Assembly: GCF_000354175.2 (NCBI RefSeq)
Contig: NC_022359.1
Span: 960,001 to 992,000 of the forward strand
DNA from: Vibrio alginolyticus NBRC 15630 = ATCC 17749
GTDB taxonomy: Bacteria > Pseudomonadota > Gammaproteobacteria > Enterobacterales > Vibrionaceae
DNA: 32,000 nucleotides
Direction of reading: 5' to 3'
Made by a program: the position numbers and the translations under genes. Below, one piece after another: positions 1 to 8,661 of the stretch (position 1 is its first letter; the number at the start of each line of letters is the position of its first letter). A model generated the notes under the pieces. That model was given only the letters and a program-made list of their open reading frames with translations, was not told where the DNA came from and ran no database searches.

Positions 1-1
1 G

Positions 2-3000
2 ACAATTGTGCCAACGGATTCATCTAAAGAGTTTGTCATGTCTCTTATCAAGAGTGACACAGATAAAATAGACATTTCTGAAGATGAAAAAACAACGTCA
101 TTGTATGTAAAAGCAACCGATATATATGGTTTTGAGTCTAGTTCTAACACGCACAAGGTTATTCTTGATCGTGATGGGCCAACATTAGGATTAAGTGGTT
201 TCAATGCGAATGACTACTACTTAGGTAACTATGTCTTTGACCTAACGGCGCTAGACCTAAATGCTAACGGTGATGTTTCAATTAATGGCGTAAATAGAGA
301 AAGCCTAGAGTATTGGACGTTTAGCGATCTGGAACCATTACCTGGCTCTCCTGGTACAAAAATCAATGAGGATCTCAAAGTGAGCCTTGGTGATTTAGGT
401 ACGGGTACACACAAGATTCGTTTAAAAGGGTCTGATGTTCGTGGCAACACAACCTTAACCAGTGATGAGCAAGATTTTACCGTCAAAGTGTACAACTCAA
501 TCCCGCAGGTGACGCTGGCGATGAGTTACACGGATGGAACGCCAATTACAAACAACACCATCTATCAAGATGGGAATATCGTACTTACGCTTGATATTGT
601 TGATGATAGTGGCGTTGATCGAATTGACTCAACGTATAGATTCTCTGGAGAGCAAAACGGGACTAACTTTACGTTCTCAGAAACCGCAGATGGCACTTGG
701 ACTGCAACGTTGCTTTCTACACAAATTGCCAAAGATGGTAATTATGAACTTGATATCAAAGTTTATAACAAAGTTCGTTACCTTGATGAAAAAGACCGAA
801 AGGTTGGAAAAGTAAACCAAACCTTTAGCGTACAGCGTGAAGGCGTGGTTCTAACAGTTGAAAGCCCGCTGGACTTCCAAAATTACTTATCTGATGGTGT
901 TCTTGATGTCACCTTTACTACAATGAGTGCGGTCAAAGCCAAAACGTTAGAGTGTTGGGTTCGTGAAGAATACAACTCTCTAGATGCGCCACCAACTAAT
1001 GAGCAACCAACTTCTGGTGTTATCAACGTATCGCAAGAACCTTACAGTTGTAGTGTCAATGTTGGGCAAAACATGACCAAAGCACCTGTCACTTTGATCA
1101 CTAAAACCTTGGGTACAAATGGGCGTGAAACGATCAACAAGTTCAATTTCTCGATGGTGGATATTGATGCACCGACAGTCGTGGATGGTAACTCATACAG
1201 TTTTAAAGGAAGTGATGTTTGGTTTGATGAAGCTTTGAAGAAGAAGATGCTCACATTTGAGCTCTCTTTTAATGATGCTTTATCAGGCGTGAATACCGAA
1301 AGTTCAGATGAATATCCAAAGTTGGTTCGTAATCTTGGCAACAAAGCTTATACACCAACGACTTGTGCCAAAGGTGTTGGAAATATCAAGTGTACGTATT
1401 CTGAATCCTATGCCGATATTATTGATGGCCTGAGTACAACTCAAGAATACAAAATCAAGAACTTATCTGATTTAGCAGGAAACTTGACGCCAGAGCACGA
1501 TCTACTGCTTGAATTACCTAAAGGTTCGGTAGTCGTTGAAATTACTGATCCGGTTGGAAACACAACCATTAATGGTCAGCAGCTTGTCGCCAAGTTCAGA
1601 ATTAAGCTGTATGAAAACTCTAGACTAGACAATGTGATGGCCAGATTTGGAACGGAATCCTACAACTATAAAGATAATCCGGAGAAGTTTGCACAATTAG
1701 AGGTGTGTGCAGATGATCCAACCTACAAGTGTTCAACATTTACAAGTGAACTTCCTAGCGATGCGGATGGAAAAACGATCAGGACAACGATTACTGCAAC
1801 GGATGTGTGGTCGAGAGTCGGTGAAGCGACCGTTGATATTAAAGTTGACAACACACCTCCAAGTGTTGGCGATGAGATTATCGTAACTGAATCGCCAACA
1901 AATCCAGATAATGTTCGTTTTCGTTTCGACATAACGGACACTGGTAGCAGCCTGGCAAAAGTAAACTATTCGGTTTTAAACCCAAGCTATCAAGAAGAAA
2001 GAGTAGAGGATGGGAACGGTTCATCTACGTACTTTGAACTACCGAAATCTCAGTTAGAGGGGCGTGGTTCAATCACGGTTGATATCAAAGCGACAGATAG
2101 CGTCGGACTGTATTCTGATATCAGAAAAGTCATTGATATTAGTGTTCCTAAAGTCACAGTTGATTTCGATGGAATTACGAGTTTGCAGGGTGGGAAACTG
2201 TTTTTAACCAAGGCAAGCCAGCCGTTTACGGTATCTACGGTGGAAGGAGAAAGAGTGAAAGCTTCACAATATTCTGTGGAGCTTATTCCAAGCCTCGGTG
2301 ATTCCTTGCGTTACTCAGGTGATGTTATCTCATCTAGTGGTAATGGAATGATGAACTTTGCCGTCGATAACCAAGGGGCATATACCCTTAAGGTGACGGT
2401 GACGGACTCAGTTGGAAGAGAGAATACAAGCTTTGAATTACTAGGCAAAAGTTATGATGGACAAGTGATCGAGTCTATTGTTGATTATGACGCTCCAAGT
2501 ATTTCGGGCTTAAGTGCTAATCAAACCTCTAAGGTGCCGACAAACGATAAGTATCAACTAGAAATTAGTGCATACATTACAGATAAAAATTTAAATCTCG
2601 TCACGTCAAAAGCGGTGAGTGGTGGTAGCACAGTGGCTCCTCAAGCGATTACTGAGCCGACAACCGAAGCGGGGCCTTATGTCATAAGCTATTTGTTACC
2701 GAAAGGCGATCATACGATCACGGTGGCAGCAACAGACAAGGTGGATAACAAGAGTGAAAGTTCTATTGACGCGCATGTGGAAGCGGCAACCGTTCCCGGG
2801 CTAAGTATCTCTACCGCCTCAAGCGCCCCTCTTTTTGGAGGCGAAGAGATTACGCTTGCGTTTAACTTTACAGAAGAAGTTACGAACTTTGATATCTCAG
2901 ATGTCCATCTTGTCGCTAGTGATAACGGCGCAACAGGAACGTTAAAGCAAGATACGTGGTCCACTTCAGACAACGTTACGTGGACGGTTAATTACATCAG

Positions 3001-6000
3001 TCCAGAAAAGCAAGATAAAAACATAACAATACAGGTAGAGGACGATAGCTACCAAAGTACCAACACCATTCCTGGAAAAGGAAGCAGCTTAAGTATCGCG
3101 GTTGAAGGAACCTTACCAAAACTAACCAATGTGACATTTAACCCCGAGCATCAGAGTGCGGGTCAAAGCGTGAATGTATCGCTTGAGTTTGACAAAGAGA
3201 TCCAAGAGGCGACCGCTACGCTTGGCGGCAATCGCATTAGTTCTCTGTCAGCAACGGCAGATAAAAAGGTCTGGGTTGGTGATGTACAAGTTCCGAGCAC
3301 CGCGCTGTTAAGTGTCGACTTGGTTGTTAGTCAGTTTAAAGATTTGACTGGCAACATAGGTGAGGATAACACCGCTCACGAATTGCCAATCACGCCAACC
3401 TTAGCTATTACGCCAGTGGGCAGTGTGGATGAAACGCATGCCGCCACGCTACAATTCGAAGGTACGTCGACACGTTTTGACGGCCAGTCCCTGCGTCTTG
3501 AAGTGGAAGCCCAAGGCAGCGCGACGGTACTAAAAAGCAGCAGCGCGACAGTACAAGCCGGTGGCACTTGGACCAGTGACGCGATTGATATGAGTCATCA
3601 AACCAATGGCACTTATACTGTGATGGTGACGGGGATGAACTCGGCGGGGATTGAAGTGAGTGAAAGCCAGAGCTTTACACTCGCGCAGTCTCTGCCAACG
3701 CTGACTAACGCGACGTTTAAGCCTGAGCACCAAGCCATCGGCCAACGCGTGACGGTGACGCTGGAATTCGATAAAGATCTGCAATCCGCCGCAGCGGAGT
3801 TAGGTGGTGCGACGATCACTTCATTAGTGGCAACCGCGGACCCAAGTGTTTGGACTGGTGATGTGGTGGTACCAAGCACGTCAGAGCTGAGTGTGGGGTT
3901 GCTTGTTCGTGACTACCAAGACTTCTCAGGGAATACCGGTAGCCAGAACACGGCTTACTCCATGCCGATCACGCCGACCTTAGCCATCACGCCAGTGGGT
4001 AATGTGGATGAAGCGCATGCCGCCACGCTACAATTTGAAGGTACGTCGACACGTTTTGATGGTCAGTCCCTGCGTCTTGAAGTGAAAGCCCAAGGCGGCG
4101 CGACGGTATTGAAAAGCAGCAGCGCAACGGTACAAGCCGGTGGCACTTGGACCAGTGACGCGATTGATATGAGTCATCAAACCAATGGCACTTACATCGT
4201 GATGGTGACGGGGACGAACTCAGCGGGCATTGAAGTGAGTGAAAGTCAGAGCTTTACACTGGCGCAGTCTTTGCCAACGCTGACTAACGTGACGTTTACG
4301 CCTGAGCACCAAGCCATCGGCCAAAGCGTGACGGTGACGCTGGAATTCGATAAAGATCTGCAATCCGCCGCAGCGGAGTTAGGTGGCACGACGATCACTT
4401 CATTAGTGGCAACCGCGGACCCAAGTGTTTGGACTGGTGATGTGGTGGTACCAAGCACGTCGGAGATCAATGTGGCGTTGCTTGTTCGTGACTACCAAGA
4501 CTTCTCAGGGAATACCGGTAGCCAGAACACGGCTTACTCCATGCCGATCACACCAACCTTAGCTATTACGCCAGTGGGCAGTGTGGATGAAACGCATGCC
4601 ACCACGCTACAATTCGAAGGTACGTCGACACGTTTTGACGGTCAGTCCCTGCGTCTTGAAGTGAAAGCCCAAGGCAGCGAGACGGTACTAAAAAGCAGCA
4701 GTGCAACGGTACAAGCCGGTGGCACTTGGATCAGTGACGCAATGGATATGAGTCACCAAACCAATGGCACTTATACCGTGATTGTGACAGGGACGAACTC
4801 AGCTGGCATTGAAGTGAGTGAAAGCCAGAGCTTTACACTGGCGCAGTCTCTGCCAACGCTGACTAACGTGACGTTTACGCCTGAGCACCAAGCCATCGGC
4901 CAAAGCGTGACGGTGACGCTGGAATTCGATAAAGATCTGCAATCCGCCGCAGCGGAGTTAGGTGGTACCACGATCACTTCATTAGTGGCAACCGCGGACC
5001 CAAGCGTTTGGACTGGTGATGTGATGGTACCAAGCACGTCGGAGCTCAAATTGGGGTTGCTTGTTCGTGACTACCAAGACTTCTCAGGGAATACCGGAAG
5101 TCAGAGCACGGCTTACTCCATGCCGATCACGCCGACCTTAGCTATTACGCCAGTGGGCAATGTGGATGAAACGCATGCCGCCACACTACAATTCGAAGGC
5201 ACGTCGACACGTTTTGACGGTCAGTCCCTGCGTCTTGAAGTGAAAGCCCAAGGCAGCGCGACGGTACTAAAAAGCAGCAGTGCAACGGTACAAGCTGGTG
5301 GCACTTGGGTCAGTGACGCAATGGATATGAGTCACCAAACCAATGGCACTTATACTGTGATGGTGACGGGGACGAACTCAGCGGGCATTGAAGTGAGTGA
5401 AAGCCAGAGCTTTACACTGGCGCAGTCTCTGCCAACGCTGACTAACGTGACGTTTACGCCTGAGCACCAAGCCATCGGCCAAAGCGTGACGGTAACGCTG
5501 GAATTCGATAAAGATCTGCAATCCGTCGCAGCGGAGTTAGGTGGCACGACGATCACTTCATTAGTGGCAACCGCGGACCCAAGTGTTTGGACTGGTGATG
5601 TGGTGGTACCAAGCACGTCAGAGCTCAATGTGGGGTTGCTTGTTCGTGACTACCAAGACTTATCAGGGAATACCGGTAGCCAGAACACGGCTTACTCCAT
5701 GCCAATTACACCGACAATACACCTAGACGTTATCAACGATGTTACTGGAGTGGAAAGCGTGACAGTAAGTGGTAGCAGTGAACGATTTGAAGATGGTGAG
5801 TTCATAGATATCAAAGTAGTCGACGCTGATGGTACAGAAGCCACAGGCATGGCAACCGTGCTTTCAGACTCATGGACAACTGATTTAGATCTTTCAGGAC
5901 TGAAGGAGGGGGTAGTGACGATTTATGTAAATGGTACCAACAAGCTTTCCGCCTCTGCCGAAGAGGCTCAAGCAACATTTAACTATGATCGTTTCGCAAG

Positions 6001-6070
6001 TACAGCCTCCTTAGGTGCTGTTTACAACCGATATTTTAGTGATAACAAAACTTTAAAAAATGCGGCATAA
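2..6070 (+). CDS. Giant repetitive Ig-like-domain surface protein (adhesin-like), 3' portion; 5' end lies outside the window
   Basis: The reading frame is open from the window edge, with no in-frame stop from nt 2, so the GTG at nt 8 in the ORF track is probably internal. The product exceeds 2000 aa and is rich in Thr/Ser/Val/Asp. It is built of roughly 95-100-aa modules with junctions such as DRDGPTL, DIDAPTV, DNTPPSV and DYDAPSI, typical of bacterial Ig-like/cadherin-like adhesin repeats. It contains near-identical 193-aa tandem units. A strong hairpin terminator follows the stop. Confidence 0.75.
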   Translation, partial: TIVPTDSSKEFVMSLIKSDTDKIDISEDEKTTSLYVKATDIYGFESSSNTHKVILDRDGPTLGLSGFNANDYYLGNYVFDLTALDLNANGDVSINGVNRESLEYWTFSDLEPLPGSPGTKINEDLKVSLGDLGTGTHKIRLKGSDVRGNTTLTSDEQDFTVKVYNSIPQVTLAMSYTDGTPITNNTIYQDGNIVLTLDIVDDSGVDRIDSTYRFSGEQNGTNFTFSETADGTWTATLLSTQIAKDGNYELDIKVYNKVRYLDEKDRKVGKVNQTFSVQREGVVLTVESPLDFQNYLSDGVLDVTFTTMSAVKAKTLECWVREEYNSLDAPPTNEQPTSGVINVSQEPYSCSVNVGQNMTKAPVTLITKTLGTNGRETINKFNFSMVDIDAPTVVDGNSYSFKGSDVWFDEALKKKMLTFELSFNDALSGVNTESSDEYPKLVRNLGNKAYTPTTCAKGVGNIKCTYSESYADIIDGLSTTQEYKIKNLSDLAGNLTPEHDLLLELPKGSVVVEITDPVGNTTINGQQLVAKFRIKLYENSRLDNVMARFGTESYNYKDNPEKFAQLEVCADDPTYKCSTFTSELPSDADGKTIRTTITATDVWSRVGEATVDIKVDNTPPSVGDEIIVTESPTNPDNVRFRFDITDTGSSLAKVNYSVLNPSYQEERVEDGNGSSTYFELPKSQLEGRGSITVDIKATDSVGLYSDIRKVIDISVPKVTVDFDGITSLQGGKLFLTKASQPFTVSTVEGERVKASQYSVELIPSLGDSLRYSGDVISSSGNGMMNFAVDNQGAYTLKVTVTDSVGRENTSFELLGKSYDGQVIESIVDYDAPSISGLSANQTSKVPTNDKYQLEISAYITDKNLNLVTSKAVSGGSTVAPQAITEPTTEAGPYVISYLLPKGDHTITVAATDKVDNKSESSIDAHVEAATVPGLSISTASSAPLFGGEEITLAFNFTEEVTNFDISDVHLVASDNGATGTLKQDTWSTSDNVTWTVNYISPEKQDKNITIQVEDDSYQSTNTIPGKGSSLSIAVEGTLPKLTNVTFNPEHQSAGQSVNVSLEFDKEIQEATATLGGNRISSLSATADKKVWVGDVQVPSTALLSVDLVVSQFKDLTGNIGEDNTAHELPITPTLAITPVGSVDETHAATLQFEGTSTRFDGQSLRLEVEAQGSATVLKSSSATVQAGGTWTSDAIDMSHQTNGTYTVMVTGMNSAGIEVSESQSFTLAQSLPTLTNATFKPEHQAIGQRVTVTLEFDKDLQSAAAELGGATITSLVATADPSVWTGDVVVPSTSELSVGLLVRDYQDFSGNTGSQNTAYSMPITPTLAITPVGNVDEAHAATLQFEGTSTRFDGQSLRLEVKAQGGATVLKSSSATVQAGGTWTSDAIDMSHQTNGTYIVMVTGTNSAGIEVSESQSFTLAQSLPTLTNVTFTPEHQAIGQSVTVTLEFDKDLQSAAAELGGTTITSLVATADPSVWTGDVVVPSTSEINVALLVRDYQDFSGNTGSQNTAYSMPITPTLAITPVGSVDETHATTLQFEGTSTRFDGQSLRLEVKAQGSETVLKSSSATVQAGGTWISDAMDMSHQTNGTYTVIVTGTNSAGIEVSESQSFTLAQSLPTLTNVTFTPEHQAIGQSVTVTLEFDKDLQSAAAELGGTTITSLVATADPSVWTGDVMVPSTSELKLGLLVRDYQDFSGNTGSQSTAYSMPITPTLAITPVGNVDETHAATLQFEGTSTRFDGQSLRLEVKAQGSATVLKSSSATVQAGGTWVSDAMDMSHQTNGTYTVMVTGTNSAGIEVSESQSFTLAQSLPTLTNVTFTPEHQAIGQSVTVTLEFDKDLQSVAAELGGTTITSLVATADPSVWTGDVVVPSTSELNVGLLVRDYQDLSGNTGSQNTAYSMPITPTIHLDVINDVTGVESVTVSGSSERFEDGEFIDIKVVDADGTEATGMATVLSDSWTTDLDLSGLKEGVVTIYVNGTNKLSASAEEAQATFNYDRFASTASLGAVYNRYFSDNKTLKNAA
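3113..5716 (+). repeat. In-frame tandem repeat array, 579-bp (193-codon) unit, about 4.5 copies, inside the adhesin gene
   Basis: Unit starts (LP[KT]LTN codons) fall at 3113, 3692, 4271, 4850 and 5429, exactly 579 bp apart. The last unit is half-length and homology ends after PITPT at about 5716. Units 2-5 differ by only about a dozen residues per 193 aa. Unit 1 diverges in its first half. Antisense ORFs at 4246-4470, 4771-5049 and 5350-5628 recur with the same 579-bp period. Confidence 0.95.
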
Positions 6071-6072
6071 AT

Positions 6073-6100
6073 AAAGCGAGCGTTTAGCTCGCTTTATTTC
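6073..6100 (+). terminator. Rho-independent terminator of the adhesin gene
   Basis: Perfect 9-bp stem AAAGCGAGC (6073-6081) / GCTCGCTTT (6087-6095) with loop GTTTA, followed by ATTTCTTT. It starts 3 nt after the TAA stop. Confidence 0.8.
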
Positions 6101-6277
6101 TTTGGGACTTTTTGTGATATTTATCAAAATAATTGCCTTTATTGATAAGTTACTCGAATTAATGAATCGTCTTAATACAAGGCTGAATAACTATAATAAC
6201 TAGGCCAATGTTGCTTTTAGGTGTGTATGACGTGATTGTGATGGTCGCTCGGCAGGTGCTGTGGTGAATGTGTCGCG

Positions 6278-6305
6278 TTGAAAATCTTTTTAAATATTAT
6301 ATATT
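6278..6305 (+). promoter_or_regulatory. Candidate sigma70 promoter TTGAAA-N16-TATATT
   Basis: TTGAAA at 6278-6283 and TATATT at 6300-6305 with a 16-nt AT-rich spacer. Motif match only. Confidence 0.3.
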
Positions 6306-6316
6306 TACGATCGTTT

Positions 6317-6333
6317 CTATACTCTGAGTATAG
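6317..6333. promoter_or_regulatory. Perfect 17-bp palindrome CTATACTC-T-GAGTATAG (operator-like)
   Basis: The 8-nt arms are exact reverse complements separated by one base. It sits about 12 nt downstream of the candidate -10. The 1-nt spacer is too short for a full RNA hairpin, which favours a dimeric protein-binding site. Confidence 0.35.
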
Positions 6334-6424
6334 TGTTCTGCATGAGGTCGATGGGTAATACCTCACCTCTTTAACTCGCGATGAAGCAAATTTAATCCTA
6401 GCAAGCTTCAGAGCAGTTACTTTT

Positions 6425-6455
6425 GTGAGTGCGTAATGCGCTCACCTTTTTATTT
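6425..6455 (+). terminator. Orphan Rho-independent terminator within the intergenic spacer
   Basis: 8-bp stem GTGAGTGC (6425-6432) / GCGCTCAC (6438-6445), including one G-U pair, with loop GTAAT. It is followed by C-TTTTT-A-TTT. No annotated ORF ends here. Confidence 0.6.
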
Positions 6456-6628
6456 AAACTTCCTCAGTAACAGTCAATTTGTTGTTTGTTGCTGAGGAGG
6501 GCACCTCATAAACTTCTGAATTTCCTCGTGCTTACCTGAAGCGCACGTTACTACGATTTTTGTTAACTTCAGTCCATAAATTAAATTTTTTTAGATAGTA
6601 AGATTTTACCATTTTGACAGAGTGGGTG

Positions 6629-6742
6629 ATGTTACTGGCTTTTGTTGTGGTCAAATCGCATGTTTTGATAGCAAAAGTCACCATTTTTTTGGTGTTTTTG
6701 ATTTCGGGCGATTTTTCTATCTCGTTGAAAATAAATGGCTAA
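6629..6742 (+). CDS. Possible 37-codon hydrophobic small ORF (MLLAFVVVKSHVLIAKVTIFLVFLISGDFSISLKING)
   Basis: ATG at 6629 to TAA at 6740-6742, read directly from the sequence. Two hydrophobic stretches. Weak Shine-Dalgarno (GGGTG). It is below the ORF-track length cut-off and may be spurious. Confidence 0.12.
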   Translation: MLLAFVVVKSHVLIAKVTIFLVFLISGDFSISLKING

Positions 6743-6753
6743 GTAAGTAGGAT
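6725..6753 (+). promoter_or_regulatory. Candidate sigma70 promoter TTGAAA-N17-TAGGAT upstream of the three-gene operon
   Basis: TTGAAA at 6725-6730 and TAGGAT at 6748-6753, about 85 nt upstream of the ATG at 6838. Motif match only. Confidence 0.25.
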
Positions 6754-6837
6754 ACGCAGACCAAATCGTACTTGTAAGCCTTATCAGCTTAATTGTCACC
6801 GCAGCCATATTTACGATGTTGGTTGTGGAGAATTCAA

Positions 6838-8589
6838 ATGCATTTAGTTTGCAAATTTATACCTAGCTCGAAGCTATCCTCCAACGAGCTATCTTATGTT
6901 CTTACACCGGACGAGTGTATAGGGCAGCTTTCGCGTTTGCGAAATTCAGATGACATCCTTAGAAACCTCCCTAAAGAGTTGGCGCAAAAGATTTCCATCT
7001 CTGCCAAAAAAACGACCAGCGCATTGCTAGCTGCTATAAGAATCGAATTGGGAAAAGGCAATTGGGTGTCATTATCTACCGTTGCTCGTCGGTCGCCATT
7101 GACGGACTCTCAGCTGCAAAGCTTCCCTAGACTTAAATCACTCGTTGACTCTGTATCTGCTTCGAATGAAAGCAAAGCTTTTAAAGCAGGATACAAGCAG
7201 GTTACCGACGATGTTGCTTTAGTTCGTAGTTACACGCATGTCCCCTCTGAGCCAAGTCTAGATCAAAAAATCGTTGTCGAGTTTGCAGGGCAGTGGTCTA
7301 GCAACGCGGCATGTTTGATGTTGGGAAAAACCGAAGCTCAAAAAGAAAAAGTGACTGTAGGCAAGGCTGATACAGAAAACAAACACCGCAGCCTCGCGAT
7401 ATTTAAAGATCTCGAAGCTGAGGGCAAAACGCTCTATATCAAGATCCCTTGCACTGACCAGCCTCAGCCAATTTTGCTTAAACTCGCCGAAAACCTGCAA
7501 CCCGTTGGTAAAGATACTCAGATGGATGAGTGGGATAACGTGTTGGTGCCTGTGGTTCCGCTGCACTTCCCTAGTAGCGATAAATCAGATGAAGCTGCAG
7601 AAGTGTTTAAATCAGGCTACGTGTATGTTGTTTGGAACAATAAAATTTGGCGCGAAGTGGCAATTACGGAAAATGGTTACTTTTCAGATACGGACATTAA
7701 TAGTGTTCGTGAAGGCTCTAGACCCAAAAGGCACGCCGATATCTATATGACCAATCCTGAAACAGGCGGTGTTTTCGCTTATGAGCCTTTCCAAATCGTG
7801 CAGAACGGCAAGGTGGTAAGTGAAGGCTCTTTGAATGGCTCTGGAGAGGCTCGAGTGTTCAACTTAGTTGAGGAAGAAGTTGAGATAGTCATGACAGGCT
7901 ATGAACCACAAATCAAAGAAAAGATTGAAACAAATTTGAGCCCTATTAATGCTTCTAGCCCAGTGGAGCGGAGCGCGCAAGGTTACCCTCTCCCGCATAT
8001 ATGGCTTCCTTACAAGATTAAAGGTGAGCCTCAAGAAGTATATTTGGCTTATAACAGTAAACGATTGAGCGAGAGTGAACTATCTGAACTAGAAAGTGAT
8101 CCCGGAACCAAGGCCATAAAAGTCACTGATCTTAACCATTATAGCAGTGAGAAAAGCTTTAAAATTGGAGACGGTTCTGTTCGTCTGCTCTCAGTATTAC
8201 CAAGTGCTGCGACCTCAAAACCTGAAAAATACGCAATGTTACGAAGCCAGCTAAATAAAAATGTAGCGGTCGTGTATTTACTTAAATCTGTCGAGATAGT
8301 TTTCGAATATCCGGGCTATACGACGCTGGACGAGTCAGATGATTACTTTGAGTTAAGGCAAAGCGATGGTGATTGGTCGCAGCGAGTGTGCTTGCGCCAA
8401 TGTATAAAAAAAGAGAATGGTTCTAGGTTGATTCGTTTTACTGGTTGGCCTGCAGAGGTTAAAGAAGTGGATCTTCTCCGTGGTTATCAGGGCAATAGTC
8501 ATCACGGAAGAGATAATAAAACGGTCATTTTTGCTCAAACACCCATTGCGGATTTACTGGCTTACAAGAAAAAAGATCAGCCAAGTTAA
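6838..8589 (+). CDS. Hypothetical 583-aa protein with MIX-like motifs; candidate T6SS cargo effector
   Basis: I prefer the ATG at 6838 (GGAG 7 nt upstream) over the TTG at 6793 used in the track. No signal peptide or TM segment. Residues encoded at about 7549-7632 read PVVPLH...(14 aa)...FKSGYVYVV followed by VVWNNKIW. This matches the published MIX pattern shhPhR / hRxGhhYhh / hhYSxxxW[ST] with conservative substitutions. It lies next to a T6SS cluster. Confidence 0.55.
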   Translation: MHLVCKFIPSSKLSSNELSYVLTPDECIGQLSRLRNSDDILRNLPKELAQKISISAKKTTSALLAAIRIELGKGNWVSLSTVARRSPLTDSQLQSFPRLKSLVDSVSASNESKAFKAGYKQVTDDVALVRSYTHVPSEPSLDQKIVVEFAGQWSSNAACLMLGKTEAQKEKVTVGKADTENKHRSLAIFKDLEAEGKTLYIKIPCTDQPQPILLKLAENLQPVGKDTQMDEWDNVLVPVVPLHFPSSDKSDEAAEVFKSGYVYVVWNNKIWREVAITENGYFSDTDINSVREGSRPKRHADIYMTNPETGGVFAYEPFQIVQNGKVVSEGSLNGSGEARVFNLVEEEVEIVMTGYEPQIKEKIETNLSPINASSPVERSAQGYPLPHIWLPYKIKGEPQEVYLAYNSKRLSESELSELESDPGTKAIKVTDLNHYSSEKSFKIGDGSVRLLSVLPSAATSKPEKYAMLRSQLNKNVAVVYLLKSVEIVFEYPGYTTLDESDDYFELRQSDGDWSQRVCLRQCIKKENGSRLIRFTGWPAEVKEVDLLRGYQGNSHHGRDNKTVIFAQTPIADLLAYKKKDQPS

Positions 8590-8661
8590 CAAAACAACTT
8601 ATTCGGGTTGCGTTGTCACATTATTAAACGCGATCGAGAAAGATAACGAAGAGAATATAAG

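Larger units (their letters stand above)
6312..6455 (+). ncRNA. Candidate ~140-nt small RNA or prematurely terminated leader
   Basis: Bounded by the candidate promoter (6278-6305) and an orphan intrinsic terminator (6425-6455). It contains an internal hairpin TGAGGT...ACCTCA. No ORF longer than about 10 codons. No family recognised. Confidence 0.2.

Noticed and set aside
3376-5628. Minus-strand ORFs of 63-92 aa (3376-3567, 3530-3784, 3613-3879, 4246-4470, 4771-5049, 5350-5628) inside the adhesin repeats
   Set aside because: They recur with the 579-bp period of the sense-strand repeat and lie entirely antisense to a long, clearly coding frame. They are shadow ORFs of repetitive, GC-richer sequence with no independent start or RBS evidence.
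6793-6837. Upstream TTG start for the 583-aa protein, as drawn in the ORF track (also the 19936 TTG for vgrG and the 29619 start for tssB)
   Set aside because: In each case a downstream in-frame ATG has a properly spaced Shine-Dalgarno (GGAG, AGG, AAGGAA). For tssB and vgrG that ATG also yields the canonical family N-terminus. The extensions add non-conserved residues.
6071-6837. Possible mobile element or integration scar in the long spacer between the adhesin gene and the effector-like operon
   Set aside because: I could find no transposase or integrase ORF, no tRNA gene, and no terminal inverted or direct flanking repeats. Only local hairpins and promoter-like motifs are present.
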